25,415 nucleotides of DNA from Fibrobacterota bacterium. GTDB lineage: Bacteria; Fibrobacterota; Fibrobacteria; UBA11236. The notes under the pieces were generated by a model, which was given only the letters and a program-made list of their open reading frames with translations, made no database searches and had not been told where the DNA came from. A program made the translations under genes and the position numbers. Below, piece after piece: positions 1 through 7,193 of this stretch (position 1 is the first letter of the stretch; each line of letters opens with the position of its first letter). The stretch spans positions 1-25,415 of the forward strand of contig JAYUVP010000059.1 in the NCBI GenBank assembly GCA_043753995.1, in the 5' to 3' direction.

Positions 1-62
1 ATCGGGGACTGGCATTCGAAGAGGTGGGGGGCTTTGCGTCATATTTGGGGCGATCGTGGCCG

Positions 63-91
63 TTCACAAAGGGCCATTCCTATTATACAAT
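63..91 (+). promoter_or_regulatory. Putative sigma70 promoter, TTCACA-N17-TACAAT
   Basis: The -35-like TTCACA (63-68) and -10-like TACAAT (86-91) each match consensus 5/6 with a 17-nt spacer, ending 23 nt before ATG 115. Confidence 0.5.
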
Positions 92-114
92 TCCTAGAAA
101 GTCAAAGACGCGGC

Positions 115-2283
115 ATGGCATCAGACATAACCCAATTTTCTCGCACCGAAGCCGAGCACTTCGTGCGCATGTTGAACCTTTACTTCAATCGCACCATTGC
201 CTATGCGCCAGATCATCCCGTCGTCTTGGAGACCATCCCCAAGGTGGCAGAGGCCTTGACGCCCTTATTGCAGGGTGGAAATATCTCCATTCTGCTCCAG
301 GAATTCGGTTTCTATATCGGCCATATTGACATTGTCTATCAGCCGAATAACAAGCGTATCGCGGATCATTTGAAACGCTTCGGCATTGAATCCATCAGCT
401 TGGATTCACCCATGTCCCAAGCTGATTTGGCGGCATTTTTAGAGGCCTGCAGCTTAACCCATGCCAATCCCGAGAGCTTTGCGCGCTATATGGTGGCCCG
501 AGGAGCTGCTGGAATCAGCGTCAACAATGTGTCCTTGCAAACCGTGCGCGAAGGGGAACATGTTTCGGCCAGCGGCGGACAAAATGACAACTCGGTCCAG
601 CCGGGAACAAGTTCAGCCACCTTACCGTCAGGACCCGGCAAAGACGCTGCCGGTAGCTTCAATGACGTGGCCATGCGCGTGGTTTTAGGCCATTTGACGG
701 CCAAGGAATTCGCCAACAACCTCGATATTTTGCGGCTGCTGGAAGATCCCAGTAGCCTGCCGAAAACCGTAACCGAGGTCAGCTCACGCGCCCGCCCCGA
801 AGATCAAGCTCATGCTTTGCGGCAAAGCCTTGAAAATGTTTTGGGAGCCTTTGCCGCCCAAGGTCGCACCGAAGGGGCGCCCGTCGAAGATTTATTGGCG
901 GGCATGTATGCCATGCGCTCGGAATTGGTGAAGGCAGTCAAGGCACAGCAAGGACTGAATCGCCAGTTACAAGACTCGGGAGAAATCGCCCGCGCCACCG
1001 ATGATATTTTCGTGCGTACATCCGCCGATTTGGTCATGGCCGAATTCGAGCGCAACAAGCACAATCTGAAAAAGACTGCGCAAGTGATTCAACGCATTGT
1101 GCCCGAGCGACAGCACTTGCAGCAAGTGCTTACCGTCTTGCGCCAGGAATTTCTCAAACGCGGCATTCCCCTGATTGAGTACTACAACCTGCTTTCAGAG
1201 CTGAGCCTGACCATGGGCAGCACCGACAGCTATCATGATTTCCTTAAGGCTGGCGAAAGCGTAGGCTTGCAGCCCGAAGAGTTGCTCAAGGAAATCCAGG
1301 AAAATCCCAAGCAAGCGGCCCAGCTTATTGTCTTGGCCAGCGAAATGCGGAAAATCGGCAAGGGCGGATCGGCCGACGAATTGATACGCCAATTGACCGA
1401 CTATGTCGAGAAAACCGGTGACGCCCTTACCGATCGGGCCGAGGCGGCTCCGCAAGAAGCCCATCGCATGGCGCAAATGCTCTATCAGCTCGAAAACGAA
1501 ATGAATGCCGAGCTGAGCACCAAGGATGTCCCCGAAGAAGCCCGCCAGGCTGGACGCCAAAAACTTCGGTTACGCTTGCAGCAATCCGTTGGCAATATCA
1601 AGTCACGTGCGGCCATGGTTCAATTGCGCAATCCCCAATTGAGCGAAGCCGAAAAGGCCCAATTTCTGCTTGAGCTTTTCAGCGATGAGAAAGAGCTCGA
1701 CGTAGCCATGGAGCTTTTGCAAACCGAAGCCGTGCAAGACGCCGTCCTCAAGGACATTTCCACTCGCGTAATGCAGAAGGTTCGCCAAGAATATTCGGCC
1801 AAGCGCGAACGCAGCCTTTCCAAAGAATTGCCCCAGGGGGTTTATGTTAAGGCTGTACTCGATTTCTTCATCAAGTTCGAAGTAAGTCGAGCGGGTCGCT
1901 ACAATCTCCCATTCAGCGCCATCCTCGTTTCTTTTCAAGGCTTGCCTGAAGATCAAGGCGCCATGGAAAAACATGGCGATGCCTTGCGTGGGCTGCAAAA
2001 TGTGCTCATCGGCGATTTGCGGCATTCCATGCGCGATGCCGACTTTATCGGGTATCTAACCTACAATCGCTTTCTCGTCGTCTTGCCGATGACCCCGGTC
2101 AATGCCACCCAACCCATCCTGAAAAAATTTCGCGAAAGCCTGACCCGCCAAATTGCTTTGCCCGACACTAGCCGCATTTGGGTGCGGCCGCGGTGCGGGG
2201 TAGCCGGATTCGATAAGGACAAACTCAATTCCTATCCTAAGATTTATAATGAATTAATGCGGACTTGGCAGGCCGATGCCTGA
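115..2283 (+). CDS. Large helical cytoplasmic protein with a C-terminal degenerate GGDEF-like domain (candidate c-di-GMP receptor)
   Basis: Long ORF (track start TTG 34; ATG 115 preferred because it lies downstream of the promoter-like element). The C-terminus EVSRAGRYNLPFSAILV...LRHSMRDADFIGYLTYNRFLVVLP...GVAGF aligns by eye with the GGDEF fold: RxxD is kept and GGDEF is replaced by TYNRF. The N-terminal YAPDHP...GIESI segment resembles N-termini of HD-GYP/HEAT-type signalling proteins. Confidence 0.7.
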   Translation: MASDITQFSRTEAEHFVRMLNLYFNRTIAYAPDHPVVLETIPKVAEALTPLLQGGNISILLQEFGFYIGHIDIVYQPNNKRIADHLKRFGIESISLDSPMSQADLAAFLEACSLTHANPESFARYMVARGAAGISVNNVSLQTVREGEHVSASGGQNDNSVQPGTSSATLPSGPGKDAAGSFNDVAMRVVLGHLTAKEFANNLDILRLLEDPSSLPKTVTEVSSRARPEDQAHALRQSLENVLGAFAAQGRTEGAPVEDLLAGMYAMRSELVKAVKAQQGLNRQLQDSGEIARATDDIFVRTSADLVMAEFERNKHNLKKTAQVIQRIVPERQHLQQVLTVLRQEFLKRGIPLIEYYNLLSELSLTMGSTDSYHDFLKAGESVGLQPEELLKEIQENPKQAAQLIVLASEMRKIGKGGSADELIRQLTDYVEKTGDALTDRAEAAPQEAHRMAQMLYQLENEMNAELSTKDVPEEARQAGRQKLRLRLQQSVGNIKSRAAMVQLRNPQLSEAEKAQFLLELFSDEKELDVAMELLQTEAVQDAVLKDISTRVMQKVRQEYSAKRERSLSKELPQGVYVKAVLDFFIKFEVSRAGRYNLPFSAILVSFQGLPEDQGAMEKHGDALRGLQNVLIGDLRHSMRDADFIGYLTYNRFLVVLPMTPVNATQPILKKFRESLTRQIALPDTSRIWVRPRCGVAGFDKDKLNSYPKIYNELMRTWQADA

Positions 2284-2307
2284 TTTTAGGGCTTACTCTT
2301 TGGGTTC

Positions 2308-3726
2308 ATGATTGCAAACGTCTTAGTTGTCGACGACGAAAAAATCACCGGCTATTTTGTGCGCGATCTTCTGCGCACAGCCGGCCATAAAGTCGAATTA
2401 GCCAGCAATGGCGAAGAGGCTTTAGAGAAGCTGCAATCCCAGCGTTTCGACGTTTTGATCACCGATTTGATCATGCCGGGCATAGACGGCTTGGCCTTGA
2501 TCAAAAGAGTTAAGCAAAAGCTACCCTCCCTCCCGATTTTGGTGCTATCCGCTCAGGGCGGATATGACTCGGCCCGCAAAGCCCAACAAGCGGGCGCCGA
2601 GGAGTTTTTGCGTAAGCCGGTGAATCCGGATCAATTGCACTCCGCCCTGGATGCGGTTTTGGCTCGCCTCCAGCGCGGTTCGAATACCCCCGCCCCCACC
2701 CTCAACGCCTTATCCACGGCCACTCGGCAGAGCCTAGGGTTAGTGGGCCAGGCGGCAAGCATGCTGGAAGTCTATCGGCTGATTGAGCGCGCTCGGGAGA
2801 GTCGCGCCTCGGTTTTGGTGCGCGGCGAAAGCGGCACCGGTAAGGAATTGGTCGCCCGGGCGATTTATCAAACCGAACCCCGGCAAGGCCATTTCGTGAT
2901 CGTGAATTGCGCCGCGATTTCCGACGGCTTGATTGAGAGCGAATTGTTTGGGCATGCCCGCGGAGCTTTTTCAGGCGCCGTAGGCGATCGCGAAGGCCTC
3001 TTTGAAGCAGCAGACAATGGGACGCTTTTCCTCGATGAAATCGGCGATATCCCCCCGAGGCTACAAACCAAATTGCTGCGCGCCTTGCAGGAAGGCGAAT
3101 TCCGCCGCGTCGGTGAAAACCGACTGCGCCATGCCAATGTGCGGGTCATCGCCGCCACCAATCGCGATTTGGAAAGGGCCATAGAAACCGGCCAATTCCG
3201 TGAAGATCTCTATTATCGCCTGAATGTCATTCCCATTTTATTGCCTCCCCTGCGCGATCGCCTTTCTGATATCCCCGTCTTGGTTCGGCACTTTCTCCAC
3301 AAGCACCAGCGCGGAAACTTGCCTCCCGTGCGATTTGGAGAGACAGCCTTACAGCGATTGCAGGAATATGAATACCCCGGCAATGTCCGCGAATTAGAGA
3401 ATATTGTGGTACGCGCCGTCAGTTTGAGCCGAAGCTCCGTGCTGGAAGCCACCGATCTCGAAGATTTTCTGCGCCAGCCGCTGCAAATGGGCCGTCCAAC
3501 CGCTTTAATGCCCGCAGCCGCGGATATGGACTATAACGGCTTCAAGTCCAACCTGCGACGCTTGGAGAAGGATTATATTCTCGCCCGTCTTCGAGAGAAC
3601 CGTTGGAATGTTTCCGACGCCGCTAGGTCCATGAGCATGACTCGGACCGCCTTGCACAATCGCCTCAAAAAATTGGGTGTGGCCAGCAAGGAAATGAAGC
3701 GGCTGGAACGCGACGCTGCCTCCTGA
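2308..3726 (+). CDS. Sigma54-dependent NtrC-family response regulator (REC-AAA+-Fis HTH)
   Basis: Receiver motifs VLVVDDE, DLIMPG and FLRKP; Walker A GESGTGKE; ESELFGH-x2-GAFSGA; Walker B FLDEIG; FREDLYYRLNV; YPGNVRELEN; C-terminal HTH NVSDAARSMSMTRTALHNRLKKLG. Confidence 0.95.
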   Translation: MIANVLVVDDEKITGYFVRDLLRTAGHKVELASNGEEALEKLQSQRFDVLITDLIMPGIDGLALIKRVKQKLPSLPILVLSAQGGYDSARKAQQAGAEEFLRKPVNPDQLHSALDAVLARLQRGSNTPAPTLNALSTATRQSLGLVGQAASMLEVYRLIERARESRASVLVRGESGTGKELVARAIYQTEPRQGHFVIVNCAAISDGLIESELFGHARGAFSGAVGDREGLFEAADNGTLFLDEIGDIPPRLQTKLLRALQEGEFRRVGENRLRHANVRVIAATNRDLERAIETGQFREDLYYRLNVIPILLPPLRDRLSDIPVLVRHFLHKHQRGNLPPVRFGETALQRLQEYEYPGNVRELENIVVRAVSLSRSSVLEATDLEDFLRQPLQMGRPTALMPAAADMDYNGFKSNLRRLEKDYILARLRENRWNVSDAARSMSMTRTALHNRLKKLGVASKEMKRLERDAAS

Positions 3727-3774
3727 TCGGCTGGCATCTTTCGCTGGCTCGCCCTCTCACCTAGGTTATTGACC

Positions 3775-4782
3775 ATGTTCGTGGATGAAACCCTTATCGA
3801 TTTAACAGCCGGCAATGGCGGCAATGGCGCTGTCGGTTTTCGCCGGGAAAAATACGTTCCTTTTGGCGGCCCTGATGGCGGAGATGGCGGGCGAGGTGGT
3901 CACGTTATCCTCAAGGCCAGCAAAGACTTGCATACCCTTTATGATATCGGGAATCGCCGTCAATTCAAGGCCGATTCCGGTATGGGTGGCAGCGGTTCTT
4001 TGTCGACGGGTCGCAGCGGCGAAGATGTCGATATTCTGGTTCCCGTCGGGACCTTGGTTAAAGACGCTGAAACCAAGGACTTGCTTTGCGATCTCAAAGA
4101 GGATGGCCAAACCTTTCTCGCAGTTCGAGGTGGCAAGGGCGGCTTAGGCAATAGCCATTTCAAAACGCCGACGCATCAGACTCCACGTAAATCCACGCCG
4201 GGAGAACCTGGAGAGCGCCGTAAGTTTCAGCTTGAGCTCAAGCTTATGGCCGATTGCGGCTTGGTGGGCTTTCCCAATGCTGGCAAGAGCTCTATCATTC
4301 GCCGCATTTCTGCCGCGACACCCAAGGTTGCCGACTATCCCTTCACGACCTTAAAGCCCGTCTTGGGCCTGGTGCGCGTACATGATCATTCCAGTTTTGT
4401 GATTGTAGATGTCCCTGGTTTGATTGAAGGTGCCGCCGACGGCAAGGGCTTAGGGCATCAATTCCTCAAGCATATCGAACGCACCAGCGTGCTTTGCTTC
4501 GTTCTCGATTTGGCTGACCCGGAACCTTGGAACCAATTCGAAATTTTGCGCGGGGAATTGGGACGCTTTCATCCCCAGTTGCTGGAAAAGCCCTATTTGA
4601 TTGCCCTGAATAAAACGGATTTAGGCGAATTCATACCTGACGAGCGCTTTGCGAAACTGGGCGAAGGCCATCCTGTGATCTTAACCTCGACCGTGACCGG
4701 CACAGGTCTAGACGCCTTAAAGCAAGAGGCCTTTCGCCAGGTTGTGGCAAAAGGCCTCCGTAAAACCGATACTTGGAATTGA
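3775..4782 (+). CDS. obgE: GTPase ObgE/CgtA
   Basis: MFVDE start (ATG 3775); Gly-rich Obg fold FRREKYVPFGGPDGGDGGRGG; G1 GFPNAGKSS, G2 YPFTT, G3 DVPGLIEGA, G4 NKTD; GLGHQFLKHIERT. Confidence 0.97.
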   Translation: MFVDETLIDLTAGNGGNGAVGFRREKYVPFGGPDGGDGGRGGHVILKASKDLHTLYDIGNRRQFKADSGMGGSGSLSTGRSGEDVDILVPVGTLVKDAETKDLLCDLKEDGQTFLAVRGGKGGLGNSHFKTPTHQTPRKSTPGEPGERRKFQLELKLMADCGLVGFPNAGKSSIIRRISAATPKVADYPFTTLKPVLGLVRVHDHSSFVIVDVPGLIEGAADGKGLGHQFLKHIERTSVLCFVLDLADPEPWNQFEILRGELGRFHPQLLEKPYLIALNKTDLGEFIPDERFAKLGEGHPVILTSTVTGTGLDALKQEAFRQVVAKGLRKTDTWN

Positions 4783-4801
4783 TTGAAAACCACCTGAAAT
4801 C

Positions 4802-4823
4802 GAGCCGGCCCTTCAGCCGGCTC
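4802..4823. terminator. GC-rich hairpin between convergent genes, possible bidirectional terminator
   Basis: Perfect 8-bp stem GAGCCGGC (4802-4809) / GCCGGCTC (4816-4823) with a 6-nt loop, in the 49-nt gap between obgE and the convergent ORF. The U-tracts are weak. Confidence 0.55.
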
Positions 4824-4831
4824 AGGTCAGG

Positions 4832-5290
4832 CTAGTTTTCGTCGTAAGCGCGTTCGACTTCTTCGCGATCTTTCTTCTCATTGATTTCGCTAGCAAAGCT
4901 GCGATCAATGGGAAGCGCGCTCACGTCAGGATTGGTGTTATCCAAGATGTAAACGGCGGAAGGATTATCCAGCCAGCCCACGACTTCGACGTCCTTTAGG
5001 CTATGGCTACCGCCGCTGCTGACCTTGACTTTTTCGAGGCTGCCATTGTCCACCCAGCCCTTCACATTTCCGGCCGTCTTAATCATAGAGCGGGACTTGC
5101 CTTGCTTGAGCAAGGTCACTTCATCGCCGCCACCGACGTCGGCAATCTTGTCAGCTTCATCGGCCAGCTCGGATTTATAGAGTCCCGTGCTTCCACCCTT
5201 GATTCGAGTTACCTCGGTCATACTGGTTTTGGAAGCCGCGAGGGCACCGGTCACAATCAAAAGCAGAAAGAACGCTAAGACCTTCTTCAT
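4832..5290 (-). CDS. Secreted SH3-like domain protein with a CglF/GltF-like C-terminal segment
   Basis: Signal peptide MKKVLAFFLLLIVTGALA; SH3b-like segment GDEVTLLKQGKSRSMIKTAGNVKGWV; C-terminal LKDVEVVGWLDNPSAVYIL...RSFASEINEKKDRE. RBS-like GGAAGGGA lies upstream. Confidence 0.65.
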   Translation of the reverse strand: MKKVLAFFLLLIVTGALAASKTSMTEVTRIKGGSTGLYKSELADEADKIADVGGGDEVTLLKQGKSRSMIKTAGNVKGWVDNGSLEKVKVSSGGSHSLKDVEVVGWLDNPSAVYILDNTNPDVSALPIDRSFASEINEKKDREEVERAYDEN

Positions 5291-5320
5291 GGAAAATCCC
5301 TTCCGTGGTACAGATCAAGC

Positions 5321-5349
5321 AATATATCGCCTTAGCCGCGTTTACACAA
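5321..5349 (-). promoter_or_regulatory. Putative sigma70 promoter for the SH3-like gene, TTGTGT-N17-TATATT
   Basis: On the minus strand, -35 TTGTGT (5349-5344) and -10 TATATT (5326-5321) with a 17-nt spacer, 30 nt upstream of the ATG at 5290. Confidence 0.45.
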
Positions 5350-5378
5350 GCGAATGACCAAAAAACCCCGGCCGGATT

Positions 5379-5407
5379 TTGCACTAAAAAAACGCCAGGG
5401 GTATAAT
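5379..5407 (+). promoter_or_regulatory. Putative sigma70 promoter for the motor/polysaccharide gene run, TTGCAC-N17-TATAAT
   Basis: TTGCAC (5379-5384), a 17-nt spacer and a perfect TATAAT (5402-5407). An AAGGA RBS precedes ATG 5446. Confidence 0.7.
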
Positions 5408-5445
5408 CATCGCTAAACGCAAAAGTTCCTCAAAGGACTCATTCC

Positions 5446-6183
5446 ATGGCCTTCTTGCTTAAAATCGCCCATTTCGTGCGCGACGGCGGCCCCATCGAAT
5501 ACTTCATTCTGATTTTGCTCGCTTGCGGGCTCTCCATTTTCCTTGAGCGCTGCTGGTTTTTTTTCATCAAATGTCGTCTCAATACCAAGCAATTGCTGGG
5601 CGATATCACCTCCCTCATCCGCAAAGACCAAGTTGGCCAGGCACGAAAGCTGTGCAATCAAACGGCCACTCCCTTAGGATTCATACTAGAGGCGGGAATT
5701 TGGCGGTTTGAGCAGGCTGGAACCCCACAAGAAATCAAGGATGCCCTGGAGGAAGTCAGCCTTCGTGAATTGCCTCGTTTGCAAAAACGCACCCATTACC
5801 TCAGCCTATTGGCCAATCTGAGTACTCTGGTGGGACTACTCGGCACCATTTTCGGCTTACAGGAAGCCTTTGCCGCGCTGGAATCCGCCGATCCTTCCCA
5901 AAAAAGCAAACTCCTAGCCCGTGGCATTACCCTGGCGCTCAATGCCACCGCGCTAGGACTTTTAGCAGCCATGCTTTGCATGGCGGGCTACACCTTTTTG
6001 GGTTCGAAGGCCAATGAATTGCTGGAGCAAATTGACGAAACCGCCCTGCGTTTGACGAATTTCCTGAATGCCCAGCGTAAAAACGGTTTAGGAAATCCTC
6101 CTCCCTCAGTTCCGCCTTCCGTTCCGCCTCCCCCTCCTACCTATCCCGTTTTTCCTGGTCCCGCCACCCACCCTTCACGCTAA
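5446..6183 (+). CDS. MotA/TolQ/ExbB proton channel family protein (AglR-like)
   Basis: Three TM segments; N-terminal GG...IFLER; TM2 TLVGLLGTIFGLQEAF; LLARGITLALNATALGL; Pro-rich C-terminal tail. Confidence 0.92.
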   Translation: MAFLLKIAHFVRDGGPIEYFILILLACGLSIFLERCWFFFIKCRLNTKQLLGDITSLIRKDQVGQARKLCNQTATPLGFILEAGIWRFEQAGTPQEIKDALEEVSLRELPRLQKRTHYLSLLANLSTLVGLLGTIFGLQEAFAALESADPSQKSKLLARGITLALNATALGLLAAMLCMAGYTFLGSKANELLEQIDETALRLTNFLNAQRKNGLGNPPPSVPPSVPPPPPTYPVFPGPATHPSR

Positions 6184-6200
6184 TCCAGGACAATAAAGAC

Positions 6201-6713
6201 ATGAGCGGAGGTTCGGCAGCAATGGGGCAAGGCAAAAAGCGCCGATCCTTTTTGGCTGCCGCAGAGTCGGAAGAACTCGACATGACCCCGATGATGAACA
6301 TTCTCATCATCCTCATTTCCTTTTTGGTCACCATGGTGGTTTTCACCCACTTGGCCGTAGTGAAATTCAGCCTACCTCCGACTCAAAGCGATGAAGTTGC
6401 ACCTGCAGTCACAGAAACAGCGACAAGTGCGGAAGTTCAGCAAAAAGACCTGACCATAGTGGTTTCCGAATCAGGTTATCAAGTGCTTGCCGAGGGACAA
6501 AAATTCGACGCGCATCCCAAAGGGCCCAAGGGTTATGACTTTCCCGCCTTGGCCAAGGATTTGAAGGCATTAAAAGCCCTTATGCCTTTCAATGAAAGCG
6601 TGGTCTTACTCATCGATTCGGCTGTGATATATCAGGACATCATTTCCACCATGGATTTGTGTCGGGAAAATCAGTTTCCAAAGGTTTTGCTTTCTGGCGG
6701 GTTGACGGAATGA
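6201..6713 (+). CDS. ExbD/TolR family protein (Asn at the conserved Asp position)
   Basis: ELDMTPMMNILIILISFL TM motif; C-terminal YQDIISTMDLCR. An alternative start is ATG 6222. Confidence 0.9.
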   Translation: MSGGSAAMGQGKKRRSFLAAAESEELDMTPMMNILIILISFLVTMVVFTHLAVVKFSLPPTQSDEVAPAVTETATSAEVQQKDLTIVVSESGYQVLAEGQKFDAHPKGPKGYDFPALAKDLKALKALMPFNESVVLLIDSAVIYQDIISTMDLCRENQFPKVLLSGGLTE

Positions 6714-7192
6714 GAGCCAAGAAGCGTAAGCCTCCTGAAGTGGCCAAACCGCAAATGACATCCCTGGTGGATGTACTCACCGTGCTCGTGTTTTTCCTGC
6801 TCAAGAATTTTTCAACCGAAGGCGACATAATCACGCCGGCTCCTGGGCTGACCTTGCCCAGCAGTACGGCCAGGGAAAGGCCGGAAAAAACCTTGGTCAT
6901 CGCCATTAGTCAAGAACATGTCCTTGCCGAAGGGCAACCCATTGCCGCGGTGCTCGACGAGGAGAAACGCCCCGGTTACCGTATTCCGGCTTTGAGTGAT
7001 TGGCTGGATAAGCGCCGTAAATCCACTGAAAATATTTCCCAAATCGACTCCACCGTGGGTTTTACCGGCAAGCTCAGCATTCAAGGCGATCGAGCCATTC
7101 CTTTCGCGATCTTGCAAAAAGTCTTGGTGACCTGCGGCGAAAAGGGCTATTCCGATTTCGCCTTAACCGTCGATCGTAAGGACGACAAATAG
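6710..7192 (+). CDS. ExbD/TolR family protein (Asp retained, AglS-like)
   Basis: QMTSLVDVLTVLVFFLLKNFS TM; LTLPSS; IQGDRAIPFAILQKVLVTCGEKGY. ATG 6710 overlaps the upstream stop (ATGA). Confidence 0.92.
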   Translation: MRAKKRKPPEVAKPQMTSLVDVLTVLVFFLLKNFSTEGDIITPAPGLTLPSSTARERPEKTLVIAISQEHVLAEGQPIAAVLDEEKRPGYRIPALSDWLDKRRKSTENISQIDSTVGFTGKLSIQGDRAIPFAILQKVLVTCGEKGYSDFALTVDRKDDK

Positions 7193-7193
7193 C

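Noticed and set aside
1..42. Possible start of a divergent minus-strand gene (MTQSPPPLRMPVPD...)
   Set aside because: Only 14 codons are visible, with no recognisable motif or RBS.
34..114. Track N-terminal extension of the first ORF from TTG 34
   Set aside because: It spans the promoter-like element at 63-91; ATG 115 is more plausible.
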